Position numbers and translations under genes: made by a program. Of a DNA stretch of 64,000 bases, positions 36,315 to 49,034 are shown piece by piece. The stretch's first letter is position 1; each line of letters starts with the position of its first letter. Below the pieces are notes generated by a model, which was not told where the DNA came from, did not search any database, and worked only from the letters and a program-made list of their open reading frames with translations. The DNA comes from Basidiobolus meristosporus CBS 931.73 (lineage: Eukaryota > Fungi > Basidiobolomycota): contig MCFE01000347.1 in the NCBI GenBank assembly GCA_002104905.1, positions 25,609 through 89,608 on the forward strand, given 5' to 3'.

Positions 36315-38362
36315 ATGCTGCCAAAAAATAAAGCAAAGTTGTCTGGTTCTCAACCAAACCCCACCACTGATGGCAATAGAAGAGCAGTTGGACAACAGTT
36401 TGCTTTGATATTCTGTGCAACAAGCGGGGCTACATCCAAAAAAAGCCCTGTGGACAATGTGCCCATTGAAGATAATAGTGCAGACTTCTCAGGCTCTTAG
36501 TCAAGTAGGCAATTGAGAACCTCTGCAGAGCCACAATCTGACCGTTATGCTCAGGCAGATGAGAATGTGGCCAATGCAGTACCTTCAGTTGAAGATCAGC
36601 AAGTGGACATGATAACATCACCACCACCCATATTAGCAAGTATGTTGTAAGCCCATAGCAAAGCATTAATGAAGCAATTAGGTGCAGTGGCAGATAGGAT
36701 AGATGCAATGGCCCAGAGAAATCAGGAAATAGTCCAGAAAAAGAATCAGTGGATAATACGTGTAGAGCCATCAGTATCCCAGGTAGAGAAAGCAGTATCT
36801 TTGCTGCAAAGAAAGAACTCAAGTAGCTCAATGCTACAGCCAAGAATTGAGCCATTTCCCAATGTAACAGCAGAGGAACACCATACAGTCTTTGAGGCAC
36901 AACAACAGTGCCCAAAGATAAACCCTACAGAAAAACCTATCACAGCATGGCATGGAGACAATGTGGTGTTTATACCAAAGCCTAAAAATCAAAAGACACT
37001 GAAAATCTGTAAAGCCATAGAGTGAAATAATGAAGAGTGGGCTGATATACAAGAGGCCATCAGAAGTCTAGCACGCCATCACCTTAAGGCCAGTATACCA
37101 TGGGACCATCAGGAACTCAAGGCCAAGCAGAATGTGCTTGACTCTTTCCATGAGCATTATCCTGGATTCAAATAGTTGAACAGATTTTGGGCTAGCATTG
37201 GTATGCTAAGAAAGTATATTGAGAATAGTAGAAACTATCAAAGGCAGAAGAACAAGGGTGCCATGGCTAAAAGCCAGTGGCTTCCTCAAGAGCCTGTTAC
37301 AAGCAGGGCCAAAAGCTCCAGACAAGCATTAAAGAGACATCAGGCAGCTGGAAGAGTGCCAATTAGGGACAAGCAGGCAGACATGGATGCATCAGCACAG
37401 CACTTATCAAGGAAAAAGCGTAGTACCACTCAAGAAGCACCCAGTCAAAGTAGCAGTGAAGGACCTGGTAGTGACAAAAACCAGCTGCTTTCAGAGGAGC
37501 CCATCACAACTATGGCAGAGAGCTCTAAAGAAGCTGAAAGAAAATCTCAGGTTGACAGAAGAGTGCCAGCAAGGGTCAAGCAAGCAAAACAGATGCGTTA
37601 GAGCAGAATTTATCCTGGAGAAAATGTGGTTCTTTACAAGAAGCACTCAAACAAAGTAGCAGTGAAAAACCTGGCAGTGATAAAGGAAAAGGTAAAGGGA
37701 AAAATGTCTACCCAAGCCTGAGATTGGTAGGCGTGCAAAAAGAACTGCAGTTCTTGTCAATTAACGCTGCAAGCCAGGAACAGACTAAATCCCATCATAG
37801 CCAAGAAGAATCAACAACAAGAAAACAGCTGTTTTCACAAGAGTTGGAAGCACAGCCAGTTGAGCTACAGTCCAGCAAGGTAGATGAGTTTGCTGAAAAA
37901 GGCAATTTGTTTACCACAGCATCAACAGCCTCCAAAGCCTCCATTGTTGACAGAGTGGAGATCTCACTGACAGACATGGCTACAATGTCAAGAGCTTGAT
38001 AGACTATCACAATACCTTCAGTGGAGTTTTGGTACATCAATAGGCACACCACGAGGTTGCAGCACTTCTTCTAGAGCAGTGCTTAAGAAAACCCACTGGA
38101 ATTTTGCAAGGATTTATTGCAAAGACTGGCAGATGAGGTGCTAGACCTTGCAGTGCTGGCTGAAGATCAGGATATGTGGGAACCAGTGAATGAACAGTGG
38201 GATAAAGCCACTGGGTTCCCACCAAGGTTGTGGAACCAGAGTGTTACAGCAGAAATACTTATTGAGGGTGGGGCTGGGCTTAATGTTAGTGTAGGCTATA
38301 GGGACTTGTATAGGTCAATAAAACTTGTAATTGAGGTACCACAGAAGTTTCAACAGAAATAA
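36315..38362 (+). pseudogene. ORF-X of CMC copy B
   Basis: MLPKNKAKLSGSQ start with fragments collinear to copy A and multiple stops. Confidence 0.7.
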
Positions 38363-38682
38363 ATCAATTCATATGCATGTAAAGTAGGTGAAATGGTTGC
38401 AACAGGAAGTAAGGAGTTTGAAAAAGAGGCAATAGCCAATGAATTCACACAAATGTAGGAAGCAATAGAGTGTCTGGGATCAGAAAGTGAGCAAATTGGC
38501 AGGGAACCAATTGAAAGCCACTTATACATTGTTGTGATGAAAAATTCTGACCAAGTTTTTTGTGAAATCTGGGGTGCAATTATTTTTCAGGGGTCTCTGG
38601 ACAAGATCGGTACCTCTTAGTCATGGGACTTTCACTTTGTGACAGCCTTTTGACAGGATCATGTCAATAATTTTTCATAGGG

Positions 38683-38960
38683 ATATAATGGCAGAACAGC
38701 ATCCTACAGTGGGTACCATGTAATGCTCTGGTACCAAATAACCAAATGGTATTGCCTTTTGCAACCTCCTGTGGCACTATTATATGTTCCATTGTAGAAT
38801 TCCCCCAGTTTGCTTACTTACCTACTACTACCAACAGTATTCCACATGCAGCTCAAGTAAAGAAGCTGTGGCTTCCTGCTTCCTAACCTTGTCATATGTG
38901 CACACCTGCTACAATGGATGCACCTCTATATGCTGCAAGAGTCTTGCAGATATTAAATAT
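38683..38960. mobile_element. Older diverged CMC subterminal remnant; continues at ~15400-15615
   Basis: Weak similarity to the CMC right end (ACCAAATGGTATT..., TTCCATTGTAGAAT). Together with the left flank of copy B it suggests copy B sits inside an older relative. Confidence 0.45.
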
Positions 38961-39289
38961 TATTGGGAGAGTAAGAAGATTAAGTGGTTTCACTTAAAGA
39001 TATACTGAATGTCAAAGTAGTAGTTATACCTTTACATTGATGTGGTATAAAAGACACTTAAGATAGGATTAGGAAGGTTTCAAGAATGTGTGTGCAAAGC
39101 TTGAGGCTGTATGGACAGCTCTGAGAATTCTCATGTTTTGAGTACTTGATATTCTGGTAGAATTACTTCAAGTAGGTCCCAACAGGGAACTTGGTCAGTA
39201 TTCTCTAAGATTTGTAAGTAATGAGCTAATTGACTAAGCTAAGCAAGTATTTAGGTGGAATTGCAAGCTTTTACTAGACTCACACTCAG

Positions 39290-40002
39290 CTAAATGCTAA
39301 TACTGACTAGTTGTAATTTTGACCCAAGATATTTGGATCTATCTCTAGCTAGTGCTTTAGTAGATATTTCTGCAATCATGTCATCTGCAGGACAGCACGT
39401 TAAGTTGACCAAGTTAATCTCTATAATTTCATGGATCAAATGATGTAAAATACCTATGTACTCAGTTCTAGCATGAGGAGTTGGATTTCTACCTAATTGC
39501 ATACCTCCTTGATTACCTTGATACAATGTGTTAGGCATTGTTTAACATAAGCCTAAGTCTTTAAAAAGCTTTCTTAGTCACATGCTTCTATTACAGCTTC
39601 ACAGGCTGCTGTATACTCTGCCTCTGTGGAAGAAAGTGCCACAGTTGGTTACTTTCTTGAGCACCATGAAATTGCTCCTCTACAGTAAAAAAGATGTACC
39701 CTGTGATGGATCATCTGTCCTTTAAATTTTGTCCTTAGTTGGCATTAGTGTATCCCAAAACATCTTGTTCTGAATCCTTATAGGTGTATCTTAAGCAGAT
39801 ATCAATAGTTCCTTTAGATATCTAAAAATTCACTCAACTGCTGCAATATAACCATATCCATTGCTCTGATTATGCTGGCTAGCAACTCCCACTGAAAATG
39901 AGATATCTGGACATGTTCCAAGCATGATATACATTAGACTGCCAACCATAAGTTGACAAGAGAAGTCAGGGTTTTCAGATATCACCAAGCTCTCTTACTT
40001 TA
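39290..40002 (-). pseudogene. Degenerate Ty1/copia RT/RNase H 3' remnant
   Basis: MVGSLMYIMLGTCPDISFSVG...IFRYLKG and HARTEYIGILHH...CPADDMIAEISTKAL, matching the C-terminus of the copia ORF at 50781. Confidence 0.75.
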
Positions 40003-40428
40003 CCCTATGAAAATAACTTGGTCCTGCAGGTGGATCCATTCTAGATCAGCCATCAGGATCCTGTTTGGAGGCCATCATAATTCAAATGGCTTGGAATTAG
40101 TGATCCTCTTGACAATCTTATGACGGGATCATGATGGCATTTGCTATTTTTACTGCCAAATAAAGTTATAAAACTTGATCATGTTTGAATGTTACTGTAA
40201 CAATGATTGCATGGCATTATTGTGGTCTTGATTTGCTCTACAACTATTTTAAGTGGATCTAACCAGCCAGTACATCCAATTGCCTTATACGGGAAAAAAC
40301 TTGATGGAGTATTGACAGCCTAATAGCAAGTCACTGATGGCATTATCATGGCAGTATGGTGGCCTACAGCTAGTTCTGTATAATGCTATCATACTAATTT
40401 ACCAAATGTCATTTCCTTTTTCTACCTC

Positions 40429-41570
40429 TGTGGTAATAGAAAGTATTCCATTACTACAATATCTCTAAACCAATATTGTACTCATTTCTTTATTTTGCTT
40501 TTTGCTATCATAACACACAAGTGAAAGATCAAGAATTTCCAAATTTGAAGAACAAATGCTCCAGACCCTGCCAAGAAATCCACCTAAGTAAATTATGTCA
40601 TACAGAACATATAGTAGCCAACACATGTTTCAGATTACAGCTCATTTGAAGCAGTACTTAGGGAGTTATGACCAAAAGAGTCCAATTATTATCTACACTA
40701 TGCCTTATTGCTAGGATTACTAGGGTAACTATGATTGCGTGTAACTTTTGAGCCAGCCAATCAAATCACGTGAAACTTTCACAGGTCACGTGTATTGCTT
40801 GCGCAATTGCTCAAAAATTTGATCCTTCAAAATTTTCATATATACAACTTCCCCAGCTGAAAAATAAAGGAGAGCCTCTCTTTCCAGAATCTCCACACTA
40901 CAATTACAAGTTTAAAGGATATAAGACTTCCCCTGCATCACTTGCACTGTTGAGTATTCTGACTTTGATCATTACTACATCAGTAAAGTGACTGCAAAGC
41001 TCACAAGAATCCAATCTAAGTTTTACAAGAAACTACCACTTTTCTGTTGGAAAAGTCCTATCTCAGAAACCCCTTTAGTCTAAAGACCCCTTTAGAGACC
41101 CCTTTAAGAAGCCCCTTTAGGCACCCCTTTAGTGTAAAGACCACTTTAGAGACCACTACAAGAAGCCCCTTTACTCTAAAGACACCCCTTTAGACACCCC
41201 TTTAGGTCTAAAGACCCCTTTAGAGACTTCTACAACACACCCCTTTGGTTTAAGGGGAGTTCAGAATTTCCTTATTAGGAAATATCTTCTCACAAAGGAA
41301 AGTGACTGCCAAATAAGGAAAAGTTACTATAAAAGTAAATAAGTCCATTATTTGACAGAAGGTCAGAACACTGCTGTAGAAGTGATAAACACTGCCTATA
41401 GTATATTTTGAGCCTAAGATTGAGGAAATTAGTGAAAGTTATATCTTCTATTGGTATATCAAACTCCCAATATACTATTTCAGTACTAGCATACTGGAAG
41501 TTGTTGTATATTGTTGATTAGCCTCTACATTGTAGAACAAGCCCCAAACTAATCATAGTACAACACAACA
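40429..41570. mobile_element. Solo LTR-like element, family D (1142 bp)
   Basis: TGTGG...CAACA ends with a 4-bp TSD CCTC. The flanks rejoin to CMC sequence. Paralog at 45864. Confidence 0.78.
41070..41257. repeat. Array of ten CCCCTTT motifs within LTR-D
   Basis: Counted directly; the spacers are short and variable. Confidence 0.9.
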
Positions 41571-44500
41571 CCTCCCCATGTGCAATTCATATATTCCACA
41601 GTAGAATCACCCCTCTTTATTTGATTACCCACTACTACCCTGAGTATTCCACATATAGTTCAAGTCAAAAAAAACTATGGCCTCCTGCTTACTAACCTCT
41701 ACAAATGTGCACACCCACCGCAATTGACATACTCCTATCACCTCCACTTTATGGTTTTTTAGTGTGATATTTGCAAAGCTGTCATATACCTAGTACTGCT
41801 GGTAACATATATATCTTGCAAACACATGCTTGGTTGCTGCCACTTCTGCCGTGAGTACTTCCTGAATATCCACAAAGAACTTTTTGGTATTTAGCCAATA
41901 TATTCCTTCTTGCTGCTGGATTTTAGTCCACCTTATAGGTACACTGTGGTTCTTGTTTGTGTGAATTCTGTATTGAATGGTGTAGAAGTTGGCTTGTGAC
42001 CAAGCAAATCCGGCATACCTTAGCAGAGTTTTCCTAATAAAAATTAGTTGCTTGTTGTACCCAACCCAATTTTGTATTACTTAACTGATTACCCACACAT
42101 TGGGGCTGCTTAGCTTCTTGGTGCTATGGACATAGTTCTCCATGTGCACACCTGTCCTTAGTATTTTCCAACTCTTCCTGGCTATCCTCCATGTGCCAAC
42201 TCATGACATCCATGATGGACTTGCAGGTACTATTCTTGATGAGATGGGGATATGGTTGTACCTGCAACTTGACTTGTCTTCCTATCTCCCCACACATGTA
42301 CTCCATAGAAAACTCCTAAAAGGTGATGCAAGGCTCAATATTCTCCACGTACCAAGCAAGATGAGGTGAGAAATGGAGACAGTATCAGCATAGATCTACA
42401 CATTCAGCTTGATGTTTATAGTAAAGCTGCCCAAATCCCATTGAAAACTCCCTGCACAACAGCTGTAAAGATGTCAAGTTGGCATTGGCAATCTGCTTCT
42501 GGATAAATATTCCTACAATGTCCACTTATGATTCCCAATGCTTCCAATGCACTCTTGGTAGGAGTGGCCTCAGAAAGCCTCTTGAATAAATATATATACA
42601 GTTCATCCAGTCCTTGCATTTGTATTGTCACATATGCATATGAATATTGATTGGAGCCTGTGAGAAGTACTTAGGATAGCAGATACTCTTTAATATCTTG
42701 CCCATTCTTTCAGATTTCTCCAGTATCTCAGAGGGCCCATTTTGCTTGAAACATGCCATGTACAACTTAGTCATCAGTATGGGGATATTTTTGAAAAGCA
42801 AATGCATTGCTCTCAGTGGAAAGCTTTTGGTCCAACAGATACCCACTATCTTAAGTATCTCCAGTTTCTGATTGATTCCATATTCCAGCCAATGGCTTAT
42901 AGCTTGCCAACTTTGCTGCAATTGCATGCTTACTTCTGTATGTTCTCTCTGCTGAAAGATGATGTTCTTATTGTTGATGTTTGGGTAATAATAAAGTATG
43001 TGAGTTATCAGTTAAGTCCCCTGGATCTCACTCATTCAACAGCAATACTATACATTGTGCCCAGAAAAGCTAGTTATTTTGCTGATGGCAGGGGTATCTC
43101 CAATGCAGATAATAATATGCTCATTGACGTAATGGCCATTTACTGTTATCCCACTAGAAAGCATGCAAGATTCATGCAGCAATGAAAACAGGTTGCTATC
43201 CAGCATGGATGGTGATTTAGGCACAGATACCAGTGACCTACCATCAGATTTTTGCTCTGATACAGTGGTATAGGCAGCAGATTCAGGTTGATGAGAATCA
43301 GTGGCCTGCAGGGTTTGCTGGTAGAATACTTGTTAAATGAGAATCCATCAAGTGCTAGAGCAAAGACATGGTCATACATACCTTCAAAGTAGCCTTTGCA
43401 TCTTAGCTGTTTGTAATGTTTGCCATCATATATATTGGATATATTTGCACTTGATTGACACTGTGTACACTACTGTATAGGTTTGCAAGACTTGTTGGAC
43501 TGCATCAGCTTCCTCAGGTGGGGTATGACCAGAATATATCCAGGGTGTGGACAATGTTTTCCCTCAATGGTGGTGGATTCCTGAAAAATTTGGTCATGTT
43601 GCAATGGTAGCATTTTTGGATGTGAATGTCATGCAACTGCTACCACATGCTGGATTCAGGACAGTCTCTGGATTATATGTTGCCAGCCACATGACAGTTG
43701 TCCACTTGTATCATGTATATGGTAAGTTGCATCCCAGTTTGATTTTGGCAAGAAGTAGTAATAAATCCTCAAAGTCCCCATTGCTGATATTATTAGAAAA
43801 ATGCTACTTCTCTAGCTATAACATTACATCATTCACCAGCAGATAAGTAATGAGCCCACTTGGCTCCATAGAGTATTCTTTGCATTTGTTTCAATGGGTG
43901 TTGTCTCATTGCATATAGGGATTTTACTGGGCTCATAGGAGGTACCGTTGTTAGGGGAGAAAAGCTCAAAATCCATCAGTAAACCTTCTTTGTCCAAGCT
44001 ACCACTCTGCGTGCCATATTCAGAGGGCTGAGGTGAGTCCAAAGGTCTCACAAGCTCACCTGACTCAGTTTGTGCAAGGCGACAAAGATGGCCAGGTGCC
44101 AATACAGAGGTTTTAACTGGCCAGCACAATGATATTGGACAGTAGTGACCAATGAATGGTCAAATATGACTTGGGTGGCAAAACGATGGCAAATGATCTT
44201 TGTAATACTTCCTATGCTGTCTGCGGGCCTCATGGCTGAGAGGCTTGCCACAATAGCCACATGGTCTTTTTTCTCTTCTCTTATGGCGTTGAGTCAAAGT
44301 AGTCTTGTCCATGGGGCAAATAGTTTGACCTTCAGCAACATAATGCTATTATATCACTTTATGGTCAATACTCATGTGAACTTAAGGCAGTCTTGTATTT
44401 GAGACATTGCACCTACATGAATGTAAAATTCAATGATGACCTGCCATAGTAAGCATTACATATAAAGCTGCGGCACCACATACACACGTATATGTAACAC

Positions 44501-45863
44501 TATTTCCCCTTTAGTTTGACCCACTTGCATATATATGCCGTCAAAAAATAAAGCAATGTTGTCTGGTTCTCAACCAAACTCCACCACTGATGGCAATAGA
44601 AGAACAGTTGGACAACAGCTTGCTTTGATATTCTGTGCAACAAGCAGGGCTACATCCCAAAAAAGCCCTGTGGACAATGTGCTCATTGAAGATAATAGTG
44701 CAGACTCCTCAGGCTCTCAGTCAAGTAGGCAATTGAGAACCTCTGCAGAGCCACAAGCTGACTGTTATATGCAGGCAGATGAGAATGTAGCAAACACAGT
44801 ACCCTCTGTTGAAGATCAGCAAGTGGCCATGATAACATCATCACCACCCATATTAGCAAGTATGTTATCAGCTCATACCAAAGCATTGATGAAGCAATTA
44901 GGAGTAGTGGCTGGTAGGATAGATGCAATGGCCCACAGAAATCAGGAAGTAATCTAGAAACAGAATGAGTAGATAATACGTGTAGAGCAATCAATATCCC
45001 AGATAGAGAAAGCAGTATCTCTGCGGCAAAGAAGGAACTCAAGTAGCTCAATGTCACAGCTAAGAACTGAGCAATTTCCCAATTTAACAGCTGACAAATA
45101 CTGTGCAGTCTTTGAAGCACAACAACAGTGCTCAAAGATAAAGCCCACAGAAAAGCCTATCACAGCATGGGAGGGAGACAATGTGGTGTTTATACCAAAG
45201 CCTAAAAATCAAAAGACATTGAAGATCCGTGAAGCCATCGAGTGCAATAATGAAGAGTGGGCTAATATACAAGAGGCCATCGGAAGTGTAGCACACCATC
45301 ACCTTAAGGCCAGTATACCATGGGACCATCAGGAAATCAAGGCCAAGCAGAAAGCACTTGACTTATTCCATGTGTATTTTCCTGGATTCAAACAGGCAAA
45401 CAGCTTTTGGGCCAGCATTGGTATGCTAACAAAGTATCCAAAGAATAGCAGTCACTATCAAAGGCAGAAGAACAAGGGTGCCATGGCTAAAAACCAGCAG
45501 CTTCCTCAAGAGCCTGTTACAAGCAGGGTTAAAAGCTCTAAACAAGGATCAAAGAGGAATCAGGTAGCTGGAAGGGTGCCAATTAGGGACAAGCAGGCAG
45601 ACACATATTCACCAACACAACATTTATTGAGGAAAAAGTGTAGTACCACTCAAGAAGCACCCAGTCAAAGTAGCAGTAAGGGACCTGTCAATGATAAAAC
45701 CTAGCTGCTTTACAGGAGCCCATCATTACTATGGTTGAGAGCCAAAAACAAGCAGAAAAGAAACATCAGGTTGCCAGAAGAGTGCCAGCAAGGGACCAGC
45801 AGGCCAAAAAAGATGTGTCAGAGCAAAATTTATCAAGGAGAAAATGTAGTTCTTTACAAGAAG

Positions 45864-47019
45864 TGCGGTAATGGAAAGTATTCCATTACTACAATATCTC
45901 AGAATCAATATTGCACTCATTTCTTTATTTTGCTTTTTACTATTATAACATAAAAGTGAATGATCAAGAAATTCAAACTTTGAAGGACAAATACTCCAGA
46001 ACCTGATGGGCAATCCACCAAAGAATATTATGTCATATAGAACACAGAGTAGCCAACATATGTTTCAATTGTCAGCTCATTTGAAGCAGTACTTAAGGAG
46101 TTATGACTAAAAGAGTCCAATCGTTGAATATACTAGGCCACTATTGCCAGGATTACTATGGTAACTTTGATCATGTGTCACTTCTGAACCAGCCAATAAA
46201 ATCACGTGTTATTTTCACAGGTGCTGCACCTATGTCCAATCTGAGCCATTGCAAGATTCTAGCTTTGTATCACATGTATTGCTGGGCAATTGCCCAAACA
46301 CTTTGATCCTTCAGAAATTTCATATATATGACTGCCCCAGCTGAAAAATAATGGAGAGCCTCTCTTTCCAGACTCTCCACACTACAATCACAAGTTTAAG
46401 GGTTATAATACTTCCCCTGCATCACTTGCACTGTTGAGTATTCTGACTTTGATTGGTATAACATCAGTAAAGACACTGCAAGGCTCACAAGAATCCAATC
46501 TAAGTTTTACAAGAAACTACCACTTTTCTGTCAGAAAAGTCCCCTCTAAGAAGCCCCTTTACTCTAAAGACACCCCTTTATACACCCCTTTAGGCACCCC
46601 TTTGAAGTAAAGTACACTTTAGAGTCCACTGCAACAAGCCCCTTTACTCTATAGACACCCCTTTAGGTCTAAAGACCCCATTAGAGACTTCTACAACACA
46701 CCCCTTTAGGTCAAAGGGGAGGTCAGAGTTTCCAAATTAGGAAATATTCTCTCAGAAGGGAAAGTGATTTCCAAATAAGGAAAAGTTACTATAAAAGTAA
46801 ATAAGTCCATTAGTTGTCAGAAGGTCAGAACACTGCTGTGGAAGTGAGAAACACTACCTATAGTATGTTTGGAGCCTAAGATTGAGGATATTAATGAAAG
46901 TTATATATCAAACTCCCAATAAACTATTTCAATATTAGCATACCAAAAGTTGTTGTATATTATTGATTAGCCTCTACATTGTAGAGCAAGCCCCAAACTA
47001 ATCATAATACAACCCACCA
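45864..47019. mobile_element. Solo LTR-like element, family D (1156 bp)
   Basis: TGCGG...CACCA ends with a 4-bp TSD GAAG, inserted in ORF-X of copy C. Confidence 0.78.
46541..46720. repeat. CCCCTTT array within the second LTR-D
   Basis: Seven perfect motifs plus variants. Confidence 0.88.
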
Positions 47020-47949
47020 GAAGCACTCAGGCAAAGTAGTAGTGAAAGACCTGGCAGTGATAAAGGAAAAGATATAGGGAAAAATGTCTACCCAAGCCTG
47101 AGATAGGGAGGCTTGCAAAAATACCTGCAGTTCTTGCCAATTAATGCCACAAGCCCAGTACTGACTGAATCCCAGCATAGCCAAGAAGAATTACCAACAA
47201 GAACAAAGCTGTTTTCCAAAAATTGGAAGCACAGCCAGTTGAGCTACAGTCCAGCAAGGTAGATGAGTTTGCAAAAAAGGCAAATTCTCTACCACAGCCT
47301 CCACATCCTCCATTGTTGACAGAGTGGAGATCCCACTGACTAATAAGGCTATAATGTCAAGAGCTCAAAAGACTATCACAATGCCTTTAGTGGAATTTGG
47401 AGCTTTAGTAGGTACATCAAGAGGTTTCAACAGAAACAAATCAATTTGTACACATAAAAAGTAAGAGAAATGTTAGAGTCAGGAAGTCAGGATTGTGAAA
47501 AAGAGCCAATAGCCAATCAATTCACACAAATATAGGAGGCAATAGAGTGTCTGGGATCAGAAAGTGAGTAAATTGGCAGGGAATCAATCAAAAGCCACTT
47601 ATACATTGTTGTGATGAAAACTTTTGACCAAGTGTTTTGTGAAATCTAGGGTGCAATTATTTTTCAATGGTCTCTGGATGATGTCCTGATGGGATCAGTA
47701 CCTCTTAGTCACAGGAATTTAACTCTGTGATGGCCTTTTGATAGGATCATCTCAAAAATTTTTCATAAGGCAAGCCAACAGTCAACTGATCTTGGAGGCA
47801 CAACAAGTGAGGAATACTCAGAGTAGGCATCATTTTTTATTTTTGGCTCTTTCCCAAGTTTGTGCTTGTACAGTTAAAGATACTTTGCTGTCTTTATACC
47901 TATTGACCATAGCGGCATTCTTACCAAGTCCCTGCTAGAGGAATTTCCA

Positions 47950-49030
47950 GTTGTTTTGACCTTAAAAGCTGTAGTATATTGCCATCTCAAGGAATGCAGA
48001 ACCAAGCACATAGTTATGTTAAGACACCAACTAAATTGGGAATTGTAGCTTAATAGCTTTCTCTTGACAAGCTTGTGGCTTTATTCTTGTTTACACTAGA
48101 GTAGTGACAAAGCCCAATTGTTCATAGCAAGCTTTTGCCAGAGATTATTGCACTTAAGAAACACCCCACACACAAAACACTTGAGAAGTGTTGGATGTAT
48201 CCCTTCTTTGTACTTATATACCACCACAGTGTGAAGGCAGTGGTAGAGAAGTTGCCTTCTTGGCAAGCTCTTCTACTTTGCTGAAGTGTAGCTCAACTGA
48301 GTGTGCTTCCAATTCTTGAGAAAACAGCTTTTGTTTTGCTGGTAATTCCCTTGGAAACAATGGTATCCAGCCTATTCCAGGCATAAGGGGTCAACTATCA
48401 AGAACTACAACTTTTTTCTTACGCCTCCCTGTCTTTGGCTTGGGTACACTTTTTTCCCTTTACCTTTGCCTTTATCACTGCCAGGTCTTTTGCTGCTATT
48501 CTGTCTGCATGGTTCTGGTATTCAACCACATTTTCTTCTTAGTAAATGTTCCACTGGTGAGTCTGTTTCTGCCTTCTTAGTCATTATCAGCACTTTTCTG
48601 GCATTCTGATGTTTCTTTGCCACTTGTTTTGAGCTTTTGGCCCTAGTTGTAGCAGGCTCCTGTGGAAGCTGCAGGTGTTTATCACTGCTAGGTCCATTAC
48701 TATTACTTTGACTAAGTGCACCTTCAAAGAAACTACACTATTTTATTGAAAAATTGTACAATGGTGCATCTGTGTCTATTTACTTCTCCCTGATTGGCAC
48801 TCTTCCAGCTACCCAATGTTACTTTGATGCTTGCTTAAAGCTTTTGGCCCTGTTGATAATTGGAATTTGAGAAAGCTACTAGTTTCCAGCCATGACACCC
48901 TTGCTCTTCTGCCTTTGAAAGTCTTGCTATTCTTAAGATATTATTGTGCATACCAATGCTGGCCCAAAATCTGTTTGCTTGCTTGAGTCCAGGATAATAT
49001 TTATAGAAAAGGTTAGGCATATTTAAAGCT
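47950..49030 (-). pseudogene. Older, diverged ORF-X remnant
   Basis: Similar to ORF-X sequence (TAGCTCAACTG...GAAAACAGC; GCATACCAATGCTGGCCCAAAATC). Confidence 0.55.
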
Positions 49031-49034
49031 TTTA

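Larger units (their letters stand above)
15616..38682 (-). mobile_element. CMC/EnSpm (CACTA-superfamily) DNA transposon, copy B; hosts four large insertions
   Basis: Ends are CAATATGAAAAATAATTTGG (15616, degenerate TIR) and TTTTTCATAGGG (38682). It carries minus-strand tnp2/DUF4218 transposase fragments and plus-strand ORF-X. Subtracting the nested inserts leaves ~5.76 kb. No clear TSD. Confidence 0.75.
40003..47770 (-). mobile_element. CMC/EnSpm transposon copy C
   Basis: Ends CCCTATGAAAATAAC (40003) and TTTTTCATAAGG (47770). Transposase ATG at 44312 on minus, ORF-X ATG at 44535 on plus, and two solo LTR-D insertions. Confidence 0.8.

Noticed and set aside
41070-41257. Interstitial telomere or CRISPR-like interpretation of the CCCCTTT array
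   Set aside because: The units are irregularly spaced and share spacer sequence, sit inside a TSD-flanked TG...CA element, and the context is eukaryotic with no cas genes.
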